Positions 8,710 to 21,031 are shown, counted from the stretch's first letter. The stretch is DNA of 64,000 nt from Anaerolineae bacterium (GCA_025062375.1 JANXAG010000001.1:50922-114921); one strand, 5' to 3'. The notes: generated from the sequence alone by a model not told the origin. Program-made: numbers and translations.

Positions 8710-10086
8710 ATGCAGCTGATAGATAACTTCTCCCAGGCTTACATAAACATAGAAAGTTTCATAACCATTGGAGCCTTTGATGGGGTGCATCGGGGTCACC
8801 AGCACCTTATTCGCACTTTGGTCAGAGAGGCTCATGAGAAAGGCTTCCTGGCTGGGCTTGTAACCTTTCATCCTCACCCATCCGTAGTGCTTAACCCATC
8901 AAACCCCACTCGTTACCTGACAACTCCTGGGGAAAAGGTTTCAATTTTAGAGAAGATGGATTTGGACCTGGTTGCAATCTTGCCCTTTGATGAAAAGATG
9001 GCCAGAACACCAGCCCGTGAGTTTATAGGACTCCTCTGTAAACACCTGAACTTGAAAGAACTATGGGTGGGGGCTGATTTTGCCCTGGGCTTCCGGCGGG
9101 AAGGAAATGTAGAGGTTTTAAAAGAACTCGGCCGAGAGATGGGATTTATGGTGCGAGTGGTAGAGCCCCTCTATTTTAAGGGTGAAATCATATCCAGCAC
9201 CCGTATCCGTAAGCTCATAGCCCTGGGAGAAGTTCGGGAAGCTGCCCAGCTGCTTGGCCGGTATTACAGCCTTGCTGGAGAAGTAGTTAGAGGCGAAGGC
9301 CGCGGCCGAAGCCTCGGTTTCCCCACCGCCAACCTGGAGGTAAGGCCCGAAAGGGTCATCCCAGCTGATGGAGTCTATGTGACCTACGTCCGGGTGGGGC
9401 GGGATAGGCTCTGGGGGGTTACCAACGTGGGCATAAGACCTACCTTTGACGGAGGGAAGCGTCTGGTGGAAACTTATATCCTGAATTTTGAGGGCGACCT
9501 TTACGGCTACGACCTGGTGGTTGAGTTTGTGGAGAGGCTGAGGCCAGAGATGAAATTTCCCTCCGTAGAAGAACTTACGCGGCAAATCCGAGAGGATGTG
9601 GAAAAAGCTTTGAGAATTCTCGAAAGAGAGGAAGCCCTGGGAGGTATAGAGAACATGCTGGAGCCAGTATATACTCCTTCCATCAAACGGTTTGAAGAAC
9701 TCCCCCATACGGCCGATAAGGCGATAAAAGTTTACGGCAGCACCTTGGAAGATATTTTCGTCAATGCTGCTTTTGGTATGTTCAGCCTTATGGTTGACCC
9801 GCAAGAGATAAAAGTTGAAGTAACGCGGGAGCTGGAACTTTCCTCCTTTGATACAGAATCACTCCTGGTTAAATGGCTCAACGAGCTCCTTTACCTTCAC
9901 GAAATTGAGGGGGAGCTTTACCGGGACTTTGAAATTGTTTACCTGGACGAGAAATCCCTCAAAGCCAGGGTCTGGGGGGGGAAAGGCTATCCTACCAAAG
10001 CCAAAGTTAAAGCCGCCACCTACCATCACCTTGAAATAAGGGACGTAGGTAAAGGCTATGAAGCCACAGTGGTTTTTGACACTTAG
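8710..10086 (+). CDS. ribF: Bifunctional riboflavin kinase / FAD synthetase (RibF) fused in frame to a C-terminal archease domain
   Basis: Residues 1-315 form a full-length RibF ('GAFDGVHRGHQHL', flavokinase 'GFPTANL...TYILNFEGDLYG'). Residues 316-458 are archease-like. No stop codon separates the two parts. Confidence 0.85.
   Translation: MQLIDNFSQAYINIESFITIGAFDGVHRGHQHLIRTLVREAHEKGFLAGLVTFHPHPSVVLNPSNPTRYLTTPGEKVSILEKMDLDLVAILPFDEKMARTPAREFIGLLCKHLNLKELWVGADFALGFRREGNVEVLKELGREMGFMVRVVEPLYFKGEIISSTRIRKLIALGEVREAAQLLGRYYSLAGEVVRGEGRGRSLGFPTANLEVRPERVIPADGVYVTYVRVGRDRLWGVTNVGIRPTFDGGKRLVETYILNFEGDLYGYDLVVEFVERLRPEMKFPSVEELTRQIREDVEKALRILEREEALGGIENMLEPVYTPSIKRFEELPHTADKAIKVYGSTLEDIFVNAAFGMFSLMVDPQEIKVEVTRELELSSFDTESLLVKWLNELLYLHEIEGELYRDFEIVYLDEKSLKARVWGGKGYPTKAKVKAATYHHLEIRDVGKGYEATVVFDT
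9655..10086 (+). other. Archease domain (RtcB-ligase / tRNA-m5C-methyltransferase chaperone family) as the C-terminal 144 aa of the ribF ORF; possibly also translated independently
   Basis: Archease signatures are present: 'FEELPHTADKAIKVYGSTLEDIFVNAAFGMFSLM', 'ESLLVKWLNELLYL' and 'ATYHHLEIRD'. The in-frame ATG at 9655 is preceded by GGGAGG (9638-9643). Confidence 0.65.
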
Positions 10087-11693
10087 AGGCGCATCAGTAT
10101 AGGGGCGATTTGTTTTTTGCGCGATGCTATCCCCTTCAGGGTCATAGAGTGAGGGCCCGAAAGTTTCAACCCCAACGCTTCAGCAATTTCCCTTTCTTTG
10201 CCCACTACCAGAAGCTCCGTTTCTTCCTCAAAGACGTTTACCAGCATTAATATCACGCTTATGTATCCTTTCTCTTCCTTCAACTTCCTCATTTCCTCCA
10301 GGAACTCATCCCGGCGTTTTTCCACAACAGTTCGGCCGTAAGTTTCCAAATAGCCTATTCCGAAGAGATTGTCGTTAAACTGATATTCTTTGAAATCGGA
10401 CATGAGAACCTCATGGGCGGGTTTATTAAGCAATTCTGAAGCGGCGCTGAAGAGTTCTTCGGCCAGGGCTTCGGGAGAAATGCCTGCAGCGGAAGCCAGA
10501 AAAGCGGCTATAGCCTTATCCTTGGGGGTTGTGGTGGGGGAACGGAAGAAGACTGTATCGCTTATAATAGCCCCCAGAAGCAGCCCTGCCAGAGGAGGAG
10601 CTATATTGAAACCGTTTTCCTGGAAGAGGGAAGCTATAATAGTGGATGTGGCTCCCACAGGTTCGCTTCGGACCATTATGGGGTTAGGGGTTTGGATGTC
10701 GCCTACCCGGTGATGGTCAATGATGGCTATAATTTCCGCCTCGTCAAGCCCCACCACCGATTGACTCCGTTCGTTGTGGTCCACAAGAACCAGCCTGTAG
10801 CGCACTGGTTTGAGCAAATCAGACCTGGAAATCACTCCTTTTACTCTCCTTTCTTCGTCCAAGACGGGCAGGGTGCGCTGGCGAGCGAGGAGTCCTCTGG
10901 CTTCCTCTAAAAGGTCATTTTCTTCCACGAAAGCCACGTTTTCTTTCATGAAAAACTGGACAGGAGTGCTAAGAAGCATAAGTCTGGCTGTGGTGAAAGT
11001 ATGATAAGGTGAGGAAATAAGCGTTACATTGTGCTCCTTAGCCAGTTCAAGGATTTCATCGGAAACGGGAAGACCGCCGGTCACAATGATGGCTCCAACT
11101 CCTTTCTCTATAGCTGCCTTTTGAGCCTCTTCCCGATCACCGATTATCAAAATTGAGTCCGGTTCCAGATACTCAAGCATTTTGGGTAAGCTCATAGCAC
11201 CTATGTAAACTTTCTCCCTGACCGGGCGTGTGCCGCGATGGAGAAAATAACCTCCGAGGGTTTTCACTACTGATTCCAGGTCGGGGTATATCCTGTTGAG
11301 GAGGTGAGGGTCCATTTCTTCCAGAAGGATGGAAGAGAAATCTTCCACCGAAATCATGCCCAGAAGCCTGGATTCTTCATCCACTACTGGAATCGCCCTA
11401 ATGTTTTTTTCCTTGAAAATTTGACCGACTTTGTAGGCGGGGGTTAGAGGGGGTACAGTTATTGCCGGGGAGCTCATGGCGTCCCGCACTCGTGGTCTGG
11501 CGTCAGTGAAAAGGATAGGTTCGGGGAAACCGAACCGACGGAGCAGATAGGAGGTTTCGGGCCGTAACTCGCCCTGCCGGGCTGGGATGGCTTCTTCTCC
11601 TTTGAGGCGGAAGAGCTCAGCGCAAGCTATAGCTGCCACCACACAATCAGTATCGGGGTTTTTATGGCCTAAAACATAAATGGGGGTGCCCAT
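10083..11693 (-). CDS. ppaC: CBS-domain-containing family II (DHH-DHHA2, Mn-dependent) inorganic pyrophosphatase
   Basis: It has 'HKNPDTDCVVAAIA' (DHH), a DRTGG-like segment, two CBS motifs, and 'DHH...' then DHHA2 'GIGYLETYG'. I chose the start at M57 (11693) and find the upstream extension of the tracked ORF unlikely. Confidence 0.8.
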   Translation of the reverse strand: MGTPIYVLGHKNPDTDCVVAAIACAELFRLKGEEAIPARQGELRPETSYLLRRFGFPEPILFTDARPRVRDAMSSPAITVPPLTPAYKVGQIFKEKNIRAIPVVDEESRLLGMISVEDFSSILLEEMDPHLLNRIYPDLESVVKTLGGYFLHRGTRPVREKVYIGAMSLPKMLEYLEPDSILIIGDREEAQKAAIEKGVGAIIVTGGLPVSDEILELAKEHNVTLISSPYHTFTTARLMLLSTPVQFFMKENVAFVEENDLLEEARGLLARQRTLPVLDEERRVKGVISRSDLLKPVRYRLVLVDHNERSQSVVGLDEAEIIAIIDHHRVGDIQTPNPIMVRSEPVGATSTIIASLFQENGFNIAPPLAGLLLGAIISDTVFFRSPTTTPKDKAIAAFLASAAGISPEALAEELFSAASELLNKPAHEVLMSDFKEYQFNDNLFGIGYLETYGRTVVEKRRDEFLEEMRKLKEEKGYISVILMLVNVFEEETELLVVGKEREIAEALGLKLSGPHSMTLKGIASRKKQIAPILMRL

Positions 11694-11810
11694 TTTGTGT
11701 GCTCTTATTCTGGCTTTGGTTTTTATTATAAAAGCCACTGTTGGTCTGTCAAGTTGAGCCAAGAAGGCTTGCTCGGCGGCGACGTTTGCTATAAAATTTC
11801 TAAGGGGGAA

Positions 11811-12830
11811 ATGAAAACGGCGGAATTTGATTATTACCTTCCACCAGAACTTATAGCTCAAAGTCCTGTTGAACCACGAGACTCATCGCGCCTCATGGTT
11901 CTTCACAGGGCTACTGGCTTTATTGAACACAGGATTTTCAGGGAGATTGTGGACTACATAAACCCGGGTGACGTCCTCGTAGCTAACCAGAGCCGTGTGA
12001 TACCAGCGCGCCTTTACGGCTATAAATTACCGACCGGCGGCAAAATAGAGTTATTGCTCGTTTCTCGCAGGGGGGAAAGGCTCTGGGAGGCCCTGGTCAA
12101 GGGAAGAAAGATCAAGGAAGGGACTAAACTCTGGGTAGGGAAAGAGGGGAAAGGAGTTACAGGGATTGTGGTGGGGATAACTGAGGCCGGAAGCAGGCTT
12201 ATAGAATTTGAAACTCCTATTGAGCCCGTTATCCGGGAAATCGGTTCCATTCCTCTACCTCCTTACATCCATCAACCTATTTCAGACCCCGAACGCTATC
12301 AGACTATTTTTGCCCGAGTTGAAGGGTCGGTGGCTGCCCCTACCGCTGGCCTGCATTTTACTCCGGAGCTTATGCGCCGCATTGAGGAAAAGGGAGGTAG
12401 GTTTGTCTTTGTAACGCTTCACATAGGCCTTGACACTTTCAGACCCGTTAAAGAGGAAAACGTTGAAGAACACAAAATGCATTCTGAATATTGCGAGCTG
12501 AGCGAAGAAGTAGCAGAAGAAATAAACCAGGCCCGACGCGAAGGCCGAAGGATAATAGCTGTTGGAACTACTTCTGTGAGGGTTCTGGAGACAGCTGCCT
12601 CAGAGGAGGGAGTGCGGCCTTTTCGGGGTCAAACAGACCTATTTATATATCCGGGCTATCGCTTCAAGGTGGTAGATGCTCTTATTACAAACTTTCACCT
12701 TCCCCGTTCAACCCTCATAATGCTTGTTTCGGCTTTTGCGGGAAAGGACTTTATAATGCGGGCTTATCAGGAAGCCGTAAGACTTCGCTATAGGTTCTAC
12801 AGTTTCGGCGATGCAATGTTGATCCTTTAA
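11811..12830 (+). CDS. queA: S-adenosylmethionine:tRNA ribosyltransferase-isomerase QueA
   Basis: The protein begins 'FDYYLPPELIAQSPVEPRDSSRLMVL' and has 'VAAPTAGLHFT'. An AGGGGG RBS precedes the ATG at 11811. Confidence 0.9.
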   Translation: MKTAEFDYYLPPELIAQSPVEPRDSSRLMVLHRATGFIEHRIFREIVDYINPGDVLVANQSRVIPARLYGYKLPTGGKIELLLVSRRGERLWEALVKGRKIKEGTKLWVGKEGKGVTGIVVGITEAGSRLIEFETPIEPVIREIGSIPLPPYIHQPISDPERYQTIFARVEGSVAAPTAGLHFTPELMRRIEEKGGRFVFVTLHIGLDTFRPVKEENVEEHKMHSEYCELSEEVAEEINQARREGRRIIAVGTTSVRVLETAASEEGVRPFRGQTDLFIYPGYRFKVVDALITNFHLPRSTLIMLVSAFAGKDFIMRAYQEAVRLRYRFYSFGDAMLIL

Positions 12831-13633
12831 ACCTCTTCCGCTATTACAAATCTGTAGCGACGGAAAATGGCCAGCCCTATCGCAAAAATTAATAAAGAAG
12901 TAACCGCTGTGCGCGCCAAAAAATCTAACCCTACCATCCTCCCCCAGTAAAGGATATCTCGGTAAGCCGCAATAATTGAGGCCATAGGATTCAGGATTTG
13001 CATCCATCGCCAGAGGTCTATTGTAACCCCCAGGAAATTGTAATCTCGCGGGAGAATATCCAGAGGGTAAAATATCGGGGTAAGGAAGAACCAGCCCAGA
13101 AGGAGCACTTCCAGAAGGTGCTGTACATCTCTGTAGAAAACGTTGAGGACTGAAAGGGCCAGCCCGAGTCCCGCTACAAAAGCAGTTTGAATGAGGATTA
13201 TGAAGGGGAGAAACGTCGCCCAAACGGTGAAGCGTATGTGGAACAGGGGCATTAAGGCAAAAAGGACCACTAAAGCTATGAGGAAGTGAACGAGGTTTGA
13301 GAGGACGGCGCTCAATGGTAACACTTCTCGGGGAAAATAGACTTTTTTGATGAGATTGGCATGGGCCACCAGGCTACCTGTGCTGGCTATTAGCCCTCCG
13401 GTAAAGTAATTCCAGGGCAGAAGTCCGCAGAGGAAAAACACAGGAAAAGCTCTGATGGTACGGTTTGGCACCAGGGCGGTGAAAACCCAGGTGAAGATAA
13501 ACATCATAAGAAGGGGATTCAAGAGGGACCAGACAATTCCTATCATTGAGTTTTTATAGCGAGCTTTAAGGTCCCTTACCACCAGCATGTAGAGAAGGTA
13601 CCGGTAGCTCCAGAGCTCCCTAAATAGTTCCAT
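12827..13633 (-). CDS. ABC-2 type polysaccharide/teichoic-acid exporter permease (Wzm/TagG-like)
   Basis: Six TM segments give an ABC-2 permease profile, starting 'LVVRDLKARYKNSMIGIVWSLLNPLLMM'. Confidence 0.7.
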   Translation of the reverse strand: MELFRELWSYRYLLYMLVVRDLKARYKNSMIGIVWSLLNPLLMMFIFTWVFTALVPNRTIRAFPVFFLCGLLPWNYFTGGLIASTGSLVAHANLIKKVYFPREVLPLSAVLSNLVHFLIALVVLFALMPLFHIRFTVWATFLPFIILIQTAFVAGLGLALSVLNVFYRDVQHLLEVLLLGWFFLTPIFYPLDILPRDYNFLGVTIDLWRWMQILNPMASIIAAYRDILYWGRMVGLDFLARTAVTSLLIFAIGLAIFRRYRFVIAEEV

Positions 13634-13637
13634 ACTT

Positions 13638-14825
13638 CTAATTGAGACCCACCTTTCTGTAAACCTGCAATAACCTCTCTCCAGCTTTCTCCCAGCGGTA
13701 GTTTTCCATTGCCTTTAACCTTAGGTTTTCCCCCACCCTCTTAAGTTCGGGTAAGCTGTTCAGCGCTTTTTCGATGGCTTCAGCCAGGGAGTAAGGGTCA
13801 CCAGGAGCGGCATATATGCCTAAATCTCCCAGGTATTCCCTGTTAACAGGCCTATCAAAGGCTACTATAGGAAGGCCTGTGGCCATGTAAACCAGGAGTT
13901 TACCATTTCCCTCCGAGGCAGAAAGCTTGGGGGCAACAGCTATATCTCCAAGACGCAGATAGCGGGGAGCCTGAAAGTAAGGGATTTTGCCTGTAAAGGT
14001 AACATGTTGACCGATACCCATAGCTTCAGCCATAGCTTTATATTGAGCCTCGCCCGGGAAGCCCATTATTAAAAAGTGGGCCTTTATGCCATTCATGATG
14101 AGAATTGAAGCCGCCTGAAGGAGGTGGTTTATCCCCTGATAACCAGATAAAAGGCCCAAGTATACAACTATCGGAAGGTCGTGCGGGATACCCAACGAAG
14201 CTTTCAAGGCCCTGATTTCTTCCTCGTCAGCGAAAGTTCGGGGGCGAAAAGCCTCAACGTTAACGCAATCGGGGATGGTGAAAATCCTGTCAGGATTGCA
14301 ACCAAATTTCTCCACCAGGAGCCTGGCTCCGTGAAGAGAACTGGTAATAACAGCATCCGGAAGGCGGTCTATGAGTTTTTCCACATTCCACATTAGTCTG
14401 AAAAGCGCTCCTCCAGGCTTGAGAATTCCATGCTGAATCATCTCGTCGGTAAGGCTTCCTTGGAAATCAAAGACCAGGGGAATTCGGGGAATCCTGGAAA
14501 CCAGAAAGCCAACCAGGGCGCCTTCGTGAAGGTGAGCGTGCACCAGGTCAAATCTCTCCCTTAAGGAAGCCGTCAGAGTTTTAATGGCCAGGAAGAAATC
14601 GAAAGCCACCTTTATCCATGAAGCCCCCAGTTCATAGCGGTTGTCTCCGGGGATAGAAGGGATCCTCCTTATCTCAATCCCAGGGATATCTCCACCTTTT
14701 CTGTAGGCGTAGACTACCACCCTAAATCCATTCTTCTGAAGGAACTTTATTTCCTCATAAATCCTGACATGGCACCCGTAATCAGAGAAGAAGGAGGTAG
14801 GGGCCACCATCAAAATCTTTCTCAT
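13638..14825 (-). CDS. Glycosyltransferase family 4 (GT-B)
   Basis: GT4 architecture with a C-terminal 'E..E' motif region. Confidence 0.75.
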   Translation of the reverse strand: MRKILMVAPTSFFSDYGCHVRIYEEIKFLQKNGFRVVVYAYRKGGDIPGIEIRRIPSIPGDNRYELGASWIKVAFDFFLAIKTLTASLRERFDLVHAHLHEGALVGFLVSRIPRIPLVFDFQGSLTDEMIQHGILKPGGALFRLMWNVEKLIDRLPDAVITSSLHGARLLVEKFGCNPDRIFTIPDCVNVEAFRPRTFADEEEIRALKASLGIPHDLPIVVYLGLLSGYQGINHLLQAASILIMNGIKAHFLIMGFPGEAQYKAMAEAMGIGQHVTFTGKIPYFQAPRYLRLGDIAVAPKLSASEGNGKLLVYMATGLPIVAFDRPVNREYLGDLGIYAAPGDPYSLAEAIEKALNSLPELKRVGENLRLKAMENYRWEKAGERLLQVYRKVGLN

Positions 14826-14961
14826 TTTACCAGCTCATTGTGAAAGTTTGTTCTGAGCACAGAATTTATTATATCCTGAAGGCGCGGAAAAACCAAACCA
14901 CGCTCTGGTTCCCGGCGATGGCGCACGCAGAGTGGGAAACTCCAGCAAATTCTGGGCCTGC

Positions 14962-15003
14962 AATAACATAAGAAGATAGGGGTGCTGGCGATTTCTCAGC
15001 ACC
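14962..15003 (-). terminator. Candidate intrinsic terminator downstream of eno (minus strand): GGTGCTG-agaaatcgc-CAGCACC followed by CCUAUCUUCUUAUGUUAUU
   Basis: A 7-bp GC stem with a U-rich 3' tail on the minus strand lies 70 nt past the eno stop. Confidence 0.35.
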
Positions 15004-15072
15004 ACGACACCATGCCCGGCAACCCTGCTTAAATGAATCAGGTTTGGTGTCCCGGGATAGCTTGCTCCTCTT

Positions 15073-17176
<2,104 letters not shown>

Positions 17177-17186
<10 letters not shown>

Positions 17187-18043
17187 TTTTCCACCAGTTC
17201 AGCTACTTCTTCGGGATAAGAAGCCACAGGGATACCTGCCGCTTTGAAGGCTTCAATTTTTTCCTGGGCTGTGCCAATTCCCCCTTCAATGATAGCTCCA
17301 GCATGGCCCATCCTTTTTCCTGGAGGTGCTGTTCGCCCAGCTACAAAGGCCACCACTGGTTTGGTCATATTGGAGGAAATAAACTCTGCTGCCCTTTCCT
17401 CGTCCCTACCCCCAATTTCTCCGATGAGGACCACCGCTTTGGTTTGCGGATCTTCTTCAAACATGCTCAAAACCTCAATGAAATCAGTGCCCACCACGGG
17501 GTCACCGCCTATTCCGACAGCGGTGGATTGACCTATGCCCCGTCGGGTTAAGGCGTAGACTACTTCGTAGGTCAGAGTTCCGCTTCGGGAGACAATCCCA
17601 ACAGGGCCAGGAATATGAATGTGTCCTGGCATTATCCCTACTTTTGCCTCTCCGGGAGTTATTACTCCAGGGCAATTGGGGCCAATGAGCCGGCTCCCTT
17701 TGGCTTTGAGGTAGCTTTTTATTTTCACCGTTTCCTGCACTGGGATCCCTTCGGTTATGCATACTATAAGGGGTATCCCGGCATCGGCGGCCTCGTATAT
17801 GGCATCGGGAGCGAAGGGGGCAGGGACATATATTGCGGAGGTGTTGGCACCTGTAGCCTCAACAGCTTCTTTAACTGAGTCGAAGACGGGGATCCCCTCT
17901 ACTTCTTCACCCCCCTTACCCGGAGTAACTCCTGCCACCACTTTGGTCCCATACTCTATCATTTTGCGGGTGTGGAAACGGCCCTCTCTACCCGTTATGC
18001 CTTGGACTATAAGTCGGGTGTCTTTATTTACAAGGATTCCCAT
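17177..18043 (-). CDS. sucD: Succinyl-CoA synthetase (ADP/GDP-forming) alpha subunit, no adjacent beta subunit
   Basis: End-to-end similarity to SucD: the CoA-binding '[12 protein letters not shown]...GVTPGKGG' and the catalytic phospho-His context 'GHAGAII'. No sucC lies on either side. Confidence 0.85.
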
Positions 18044-19457
18044 TTTGTCTCCCCCGTTTGTAACCTGTTAAGGTTTTCCATGCCACTTTTACAGTTCTGG
18101 GCAAATCGAGCCAGGTGCGTTTACGGGTAAGGGCTTTGAGGATTCGCCGGGGCCGCAGATAAAAGCGCCGGTATGCTTCCCTCCATTTTCTTTCCACCAG
18201 TTCGGCAGGCATACCGGGCATTTCAAAATGGGCTTTGCCTTCAAAAAAGGCAAAATCATCCCAATCTTTAACGAGAAGCTTCCCTTCTCTTTTCACAATT
18301 TCGTACATTTCAGTTCCTGGGAACGGGGTAGCAATAGAGAAGTTAGCCACCAGCGGGTCAAGCTCTATAGCGAAACGTATGGTTTTCTCCATTGTTTCTT
18401 CAGTTTCACCGGGGAGCCCTATGATGAAAAAGCCTATAGTTTCTATCCCTGCTTCCCTGGCCCACTTGAAAGCTTTTCTTATTTGTTCCAGGGTGAGCTG
18501 TTTATGGATGACTTCATCCAGTATGCGCTGGTCGCCACTTTCCACCCCGAAAGCCACCCGGATGCAACCAGCCTCTCGCATTTTTCGGAGGAGTTCCTTA
18601 TCCACCAGATTGGCTCTTATCCCATTTATCATTATCCAGGGGACGTGGTTGAGTTTCTCTTTAATAAGTAGGTCGCAGATTCGGATGACCCTTTCCCTAT
18701 CCACATTGAAAGTATCATCCAGCACACCTATCTCCAGTGCTCCCATTTCCTTTACGAGCCAGCGCCATTCGGCCAGGACGTTTTCAGGAGAACGCATCCT
18801 CCAGCGACGTGGGCTTATTTGACTGCAGTAGGAACAGCGGTATGGGCATCCCCTGGAAGTCATTATGGGAAAACTTCTACCCCTGGGCAAATGGTCTATG
18901 GTGGGCTGAAGGTTGGTGTAAAGGTGCAGTTTGAAGGGACGATACGAGGGAAACGGGAGGGAGTCCAGATCCACAACTACGGGCCTATCGGGAGTAGAGA
19001 CGATTTCTCCAGAGGCAGTGCGAAAAGTTAGCCCTGAGATTTCTTTGAGGGCATGGGGGTCAAAGCCCTTTTCCAGAGAAGAAACGAGCTCTTCCCAGGT
19101 TAGTTCTCCTTCTCCCCTCACCACTATGTCTACGGCGGGATGGGAAATGGATTCTTCGGGCATGATAGTGGGGTGAACCCCTCCGAGCACTACCGGGACA
19201 TCCAGAACTTTTTTAACCCTCTCGGCGGTTTTCCAGGCCATTTTTATCTGCACAGTGGTGGCTGTTATCCCCACCACTTCCGGCCTGAATTCTTCCAGGA
19301 TCTGCTCTAAGGGTTCGGGATCCACTTCCCCATCCCAGACTTTTACCTGGTCTCCCCGGCGTTCGGAAACAGCGGTGAGGTAGGCAAGCCCCAGAGGAGG
19401 GGAAGCCCTCGTTTCAATTGGGATATTGTAAGGTGGGTTTATGAAAAGGACCCGCAT
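18024..19457 (-). CDS. Cobalamin-binding (class B) radical SAM protein, function unassigned
   Basis: An N-terminal B12-binding-like domain ('[10 protein letters not shown]...VVLGGVHPT') is followed by the radical SAM motif 'CPYRCSYC' (CxxxCxxC). Confidence 0.8.
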   Translation of the reverse strand: MRVLFINPPYNIPIETRASPPLGLAYLTAVSERRGDQVKVWDGEVDPEPLEQILEEFRPEVVGITATTVQIKMAWKTAERVKKVLDVPVVLGGVHPTIMPEESISHPAVDIVVRGEGELTWEELVSSLEKGFDPHALKEISGLTFRTASGEIVSTPDRPVVVDLDSLPFPSYRPFKLHLYTNLQPTIDHLPRGRSFPIMTSRGCPYRCSYCSQISPRRWRMRSPENVLAEWRWLVKEMGALEIGVLDDTFNVDRERVIRICDLLIKEKLNHVPWIMINGIRANLVDKELLRKMREAGCIRVAFGVESGDQRILDEVIHKQLTLEQIRKAFKWAREAGIETIGFFIIGLPGETEETMEKTIRFAIELDPLVANFSIATPFPGTEMYEIVKREGKLLVKDWDDFAFFEGKAHFEMPGMPAELVERKWREAYRRFYLRPRRILKALTRKRTWLDLPRTVKVAWKTLTGYKRGRQNGNPCK

Positions 19458-19471
19458 TTATCCCCTTATTT

Positions 19472-20164
19472 TCAGAGAATTTTGTAAGAAGCCCTTTCCC
19501 CCAGTTCCTCCAGACCCAGAAGAAGCTCCTGGCTTCCGCCTCTGGCAACTATGTCCCTCAAAATGCGATAAAATAGGAGAGCAAATTCATCCTCGAAACT
19601 TTCAAACCTGAAGTATTCCTGATTTTTCTTTTCTATATACATTCCTCCAAAAGCGCAAATCACATCGGGAAGAAGTTCCATTGGGTAATCGGATATGGGC
19701 GGGCTAAGTTTTTTGCGGAGCGTGGATTCTCTGACACTGGGTCTGAAGGCGAGCAAATAGGTACTGATCTGAGGAGCTGCGCTTTTTATCGCCGCGAGTG
19801 CTTTCAGAGAGTTCTCCATAATTCTTGGAGCGAGGACAGGGATTATGTCTCCCACCGCAACAACGCCTTCCAGCGGGAGGACCCAGTTATCATCAGCCCT
19901 GTATATGGGGGCATAAAGGTAAGAGTCATACAAGATGAGGTCAAAGTGGGGTACAAACTTTTGAGCCTCAGGACGAGCTTTTAGAGGGAGCACGAACCCG
20001 GAAGCCACAGCCCAGCGAGCGGGAAGGTAGGAAGCCACGAGCTCTCGGAAAGCTTTGGGGCTTTTAGCGGCCTGGAATTGCGTTAACTGGATATAGATTA
20101 AAGCATCTATCCGGGAGAAGAAGGCAGCGGGATCAATCCCAAGCTGTTCTTTTACGGTTAACAT
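19472..20164 (-). CDS. Hypothetical protein, first gene of the rSAM/sucD/yqeB-like/eno minus-strand cluster
   Basis: Clean 230-aa ORF with no recognisable motifs. Coding is supported only by ORF length, by its position 14 nt upstream of the rSAM gene, and by the fact that the only other ORFs across this stretch are short opposite-strand ones. Confidence 0.45.
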   Translation of the reverse strand: MLTVKEQLGIDPAAFFSRIDALIYIQLTQFQAAKSPKAFRELVASYLPARWAVASGFVLPLKARPEAQKFVPHFDLILYDSYLYAPIYRADDNWVLPLEGVVAVGDIIPVLAPRIMENSLKALAAIKSAAPQISTYLLAFRPSVRESTLRKKLSPPISDYPMELLPDVICAFGGMYIEKKNQEYFRFESFEDEFALLFYRILRDIVARGGSQELLLGLEELGERASYKIL

Positions 20165-20458
20165 CCGAACCTCCTTTACCGGAATTTTTCGGTATTATAT
20201 TCTTTTTCCCGGGAAAATGCAAATTGTCAGATTTTCTCTGAGAATTGTGGGACTCATTTCCGTTGCCTTTCCCTACCCTATGGACTGCCAGGTGTTTAAA
20301 GCTGGGAGGAGCCCGAGGTCTCAGTTCCTGCTGTGCGGAGGACGCTGGCCAGGAGTTAAAGTCACTGGCAGGTGGTAAAGAAGTTTGATTTTTAAAGCCC
20401 TATCTGTTAAACTTAGAAAACAAGAGTACTCCGGCATGCCATGGCTTGGAGGATAGCA

Positions 20459-21031
20459 ATGGAAATCCTTAAGGAGCGAATACTTAGAGAAGGCAAGAAC
20501 CTGGGAGGGGGCATCCTGAAAGTTGATAGTTTCATTAACCATCAGGTTGATCCCCGGCTTATGGTGGAAGTAGGCCAGGAACTGGCGCGCCGTTTTGCTC
20601 ACCTTGAAATAACCAAAGTTCTTACAGCCGAAATTTCTGGCATTGCCCCCGCATTAACCACTGCCCTGGCTCTTGGTGTCCCACTGGTATATGCTCGCAA
20701 AACCAGGCCGATAACGATGGTGAATGGGGCTTACCGGCAGCTGGCCCCCTCCCACACTAAAGGCAGGATGGTGGAACTTATGGTGTCTGTGGAGTTCCTG
20801 AAGCCGGGAGATAAGGTCCTCATTGTGGACGATTTCCTGGCTACGGGCCAGACTATAGAAGCTCTGGTTCGGATTGTGGAAATGAGTGGAGCTACCCTTG
20901 TGGGAATTGGGGCTGTTATTGAGAAAACCTTTGAGGGAGGAAGGGAACGCCTGAGATATCTCAATGTCCCGATAGAGTCCCTCGTCAAGATAACAGACAT
21001 GGCAGATGGGAGGATAGTTTTCGGAGAATGA
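20459..21031 (+). CDS. xpt: Xanthine phosphoribosyltransferase
   Basis: 'LKVDSFINHQVDP' and the PRPP-binding 'LIVDDFLATGQT' are present. GGAGG lies 8 nt upstream of the ATG at 20459. The tracked ORF begins 18 nt earlier. Confidence 0.85.
   Translation: MEILKERILREGKNLGGGILKVDSFINHQVDPRLMVEVGQELARRFAHLEITKVLTAEISGIAPALTTALALGVPLVYARKTRPITMVNGAYRQLAPSHTKGRMVELMVSVEFLKPGDKVLIVDDFLATGQTIEALVRIVEMSGATLVGIGAVIEKTFEGGRERLRYLNVPIESLVKITDMADGRIVFGE

Noticed and set aside
14826-15072. Possible small RNA gene (SRP, 6S or tmRNA) in the 247-bp gap downstream of eno
   Set aside because: No match to the conserved SRP domain IV or tmRNA tag-region features. The only clear structure is a terminator-like hairpin.
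20165-20458. Guanine/purine riboswitch upstream of xpt
   Set aside because: The conserved aptamer junctions and loops could not be placed. There is no P1 pairing around a UAUA junction.
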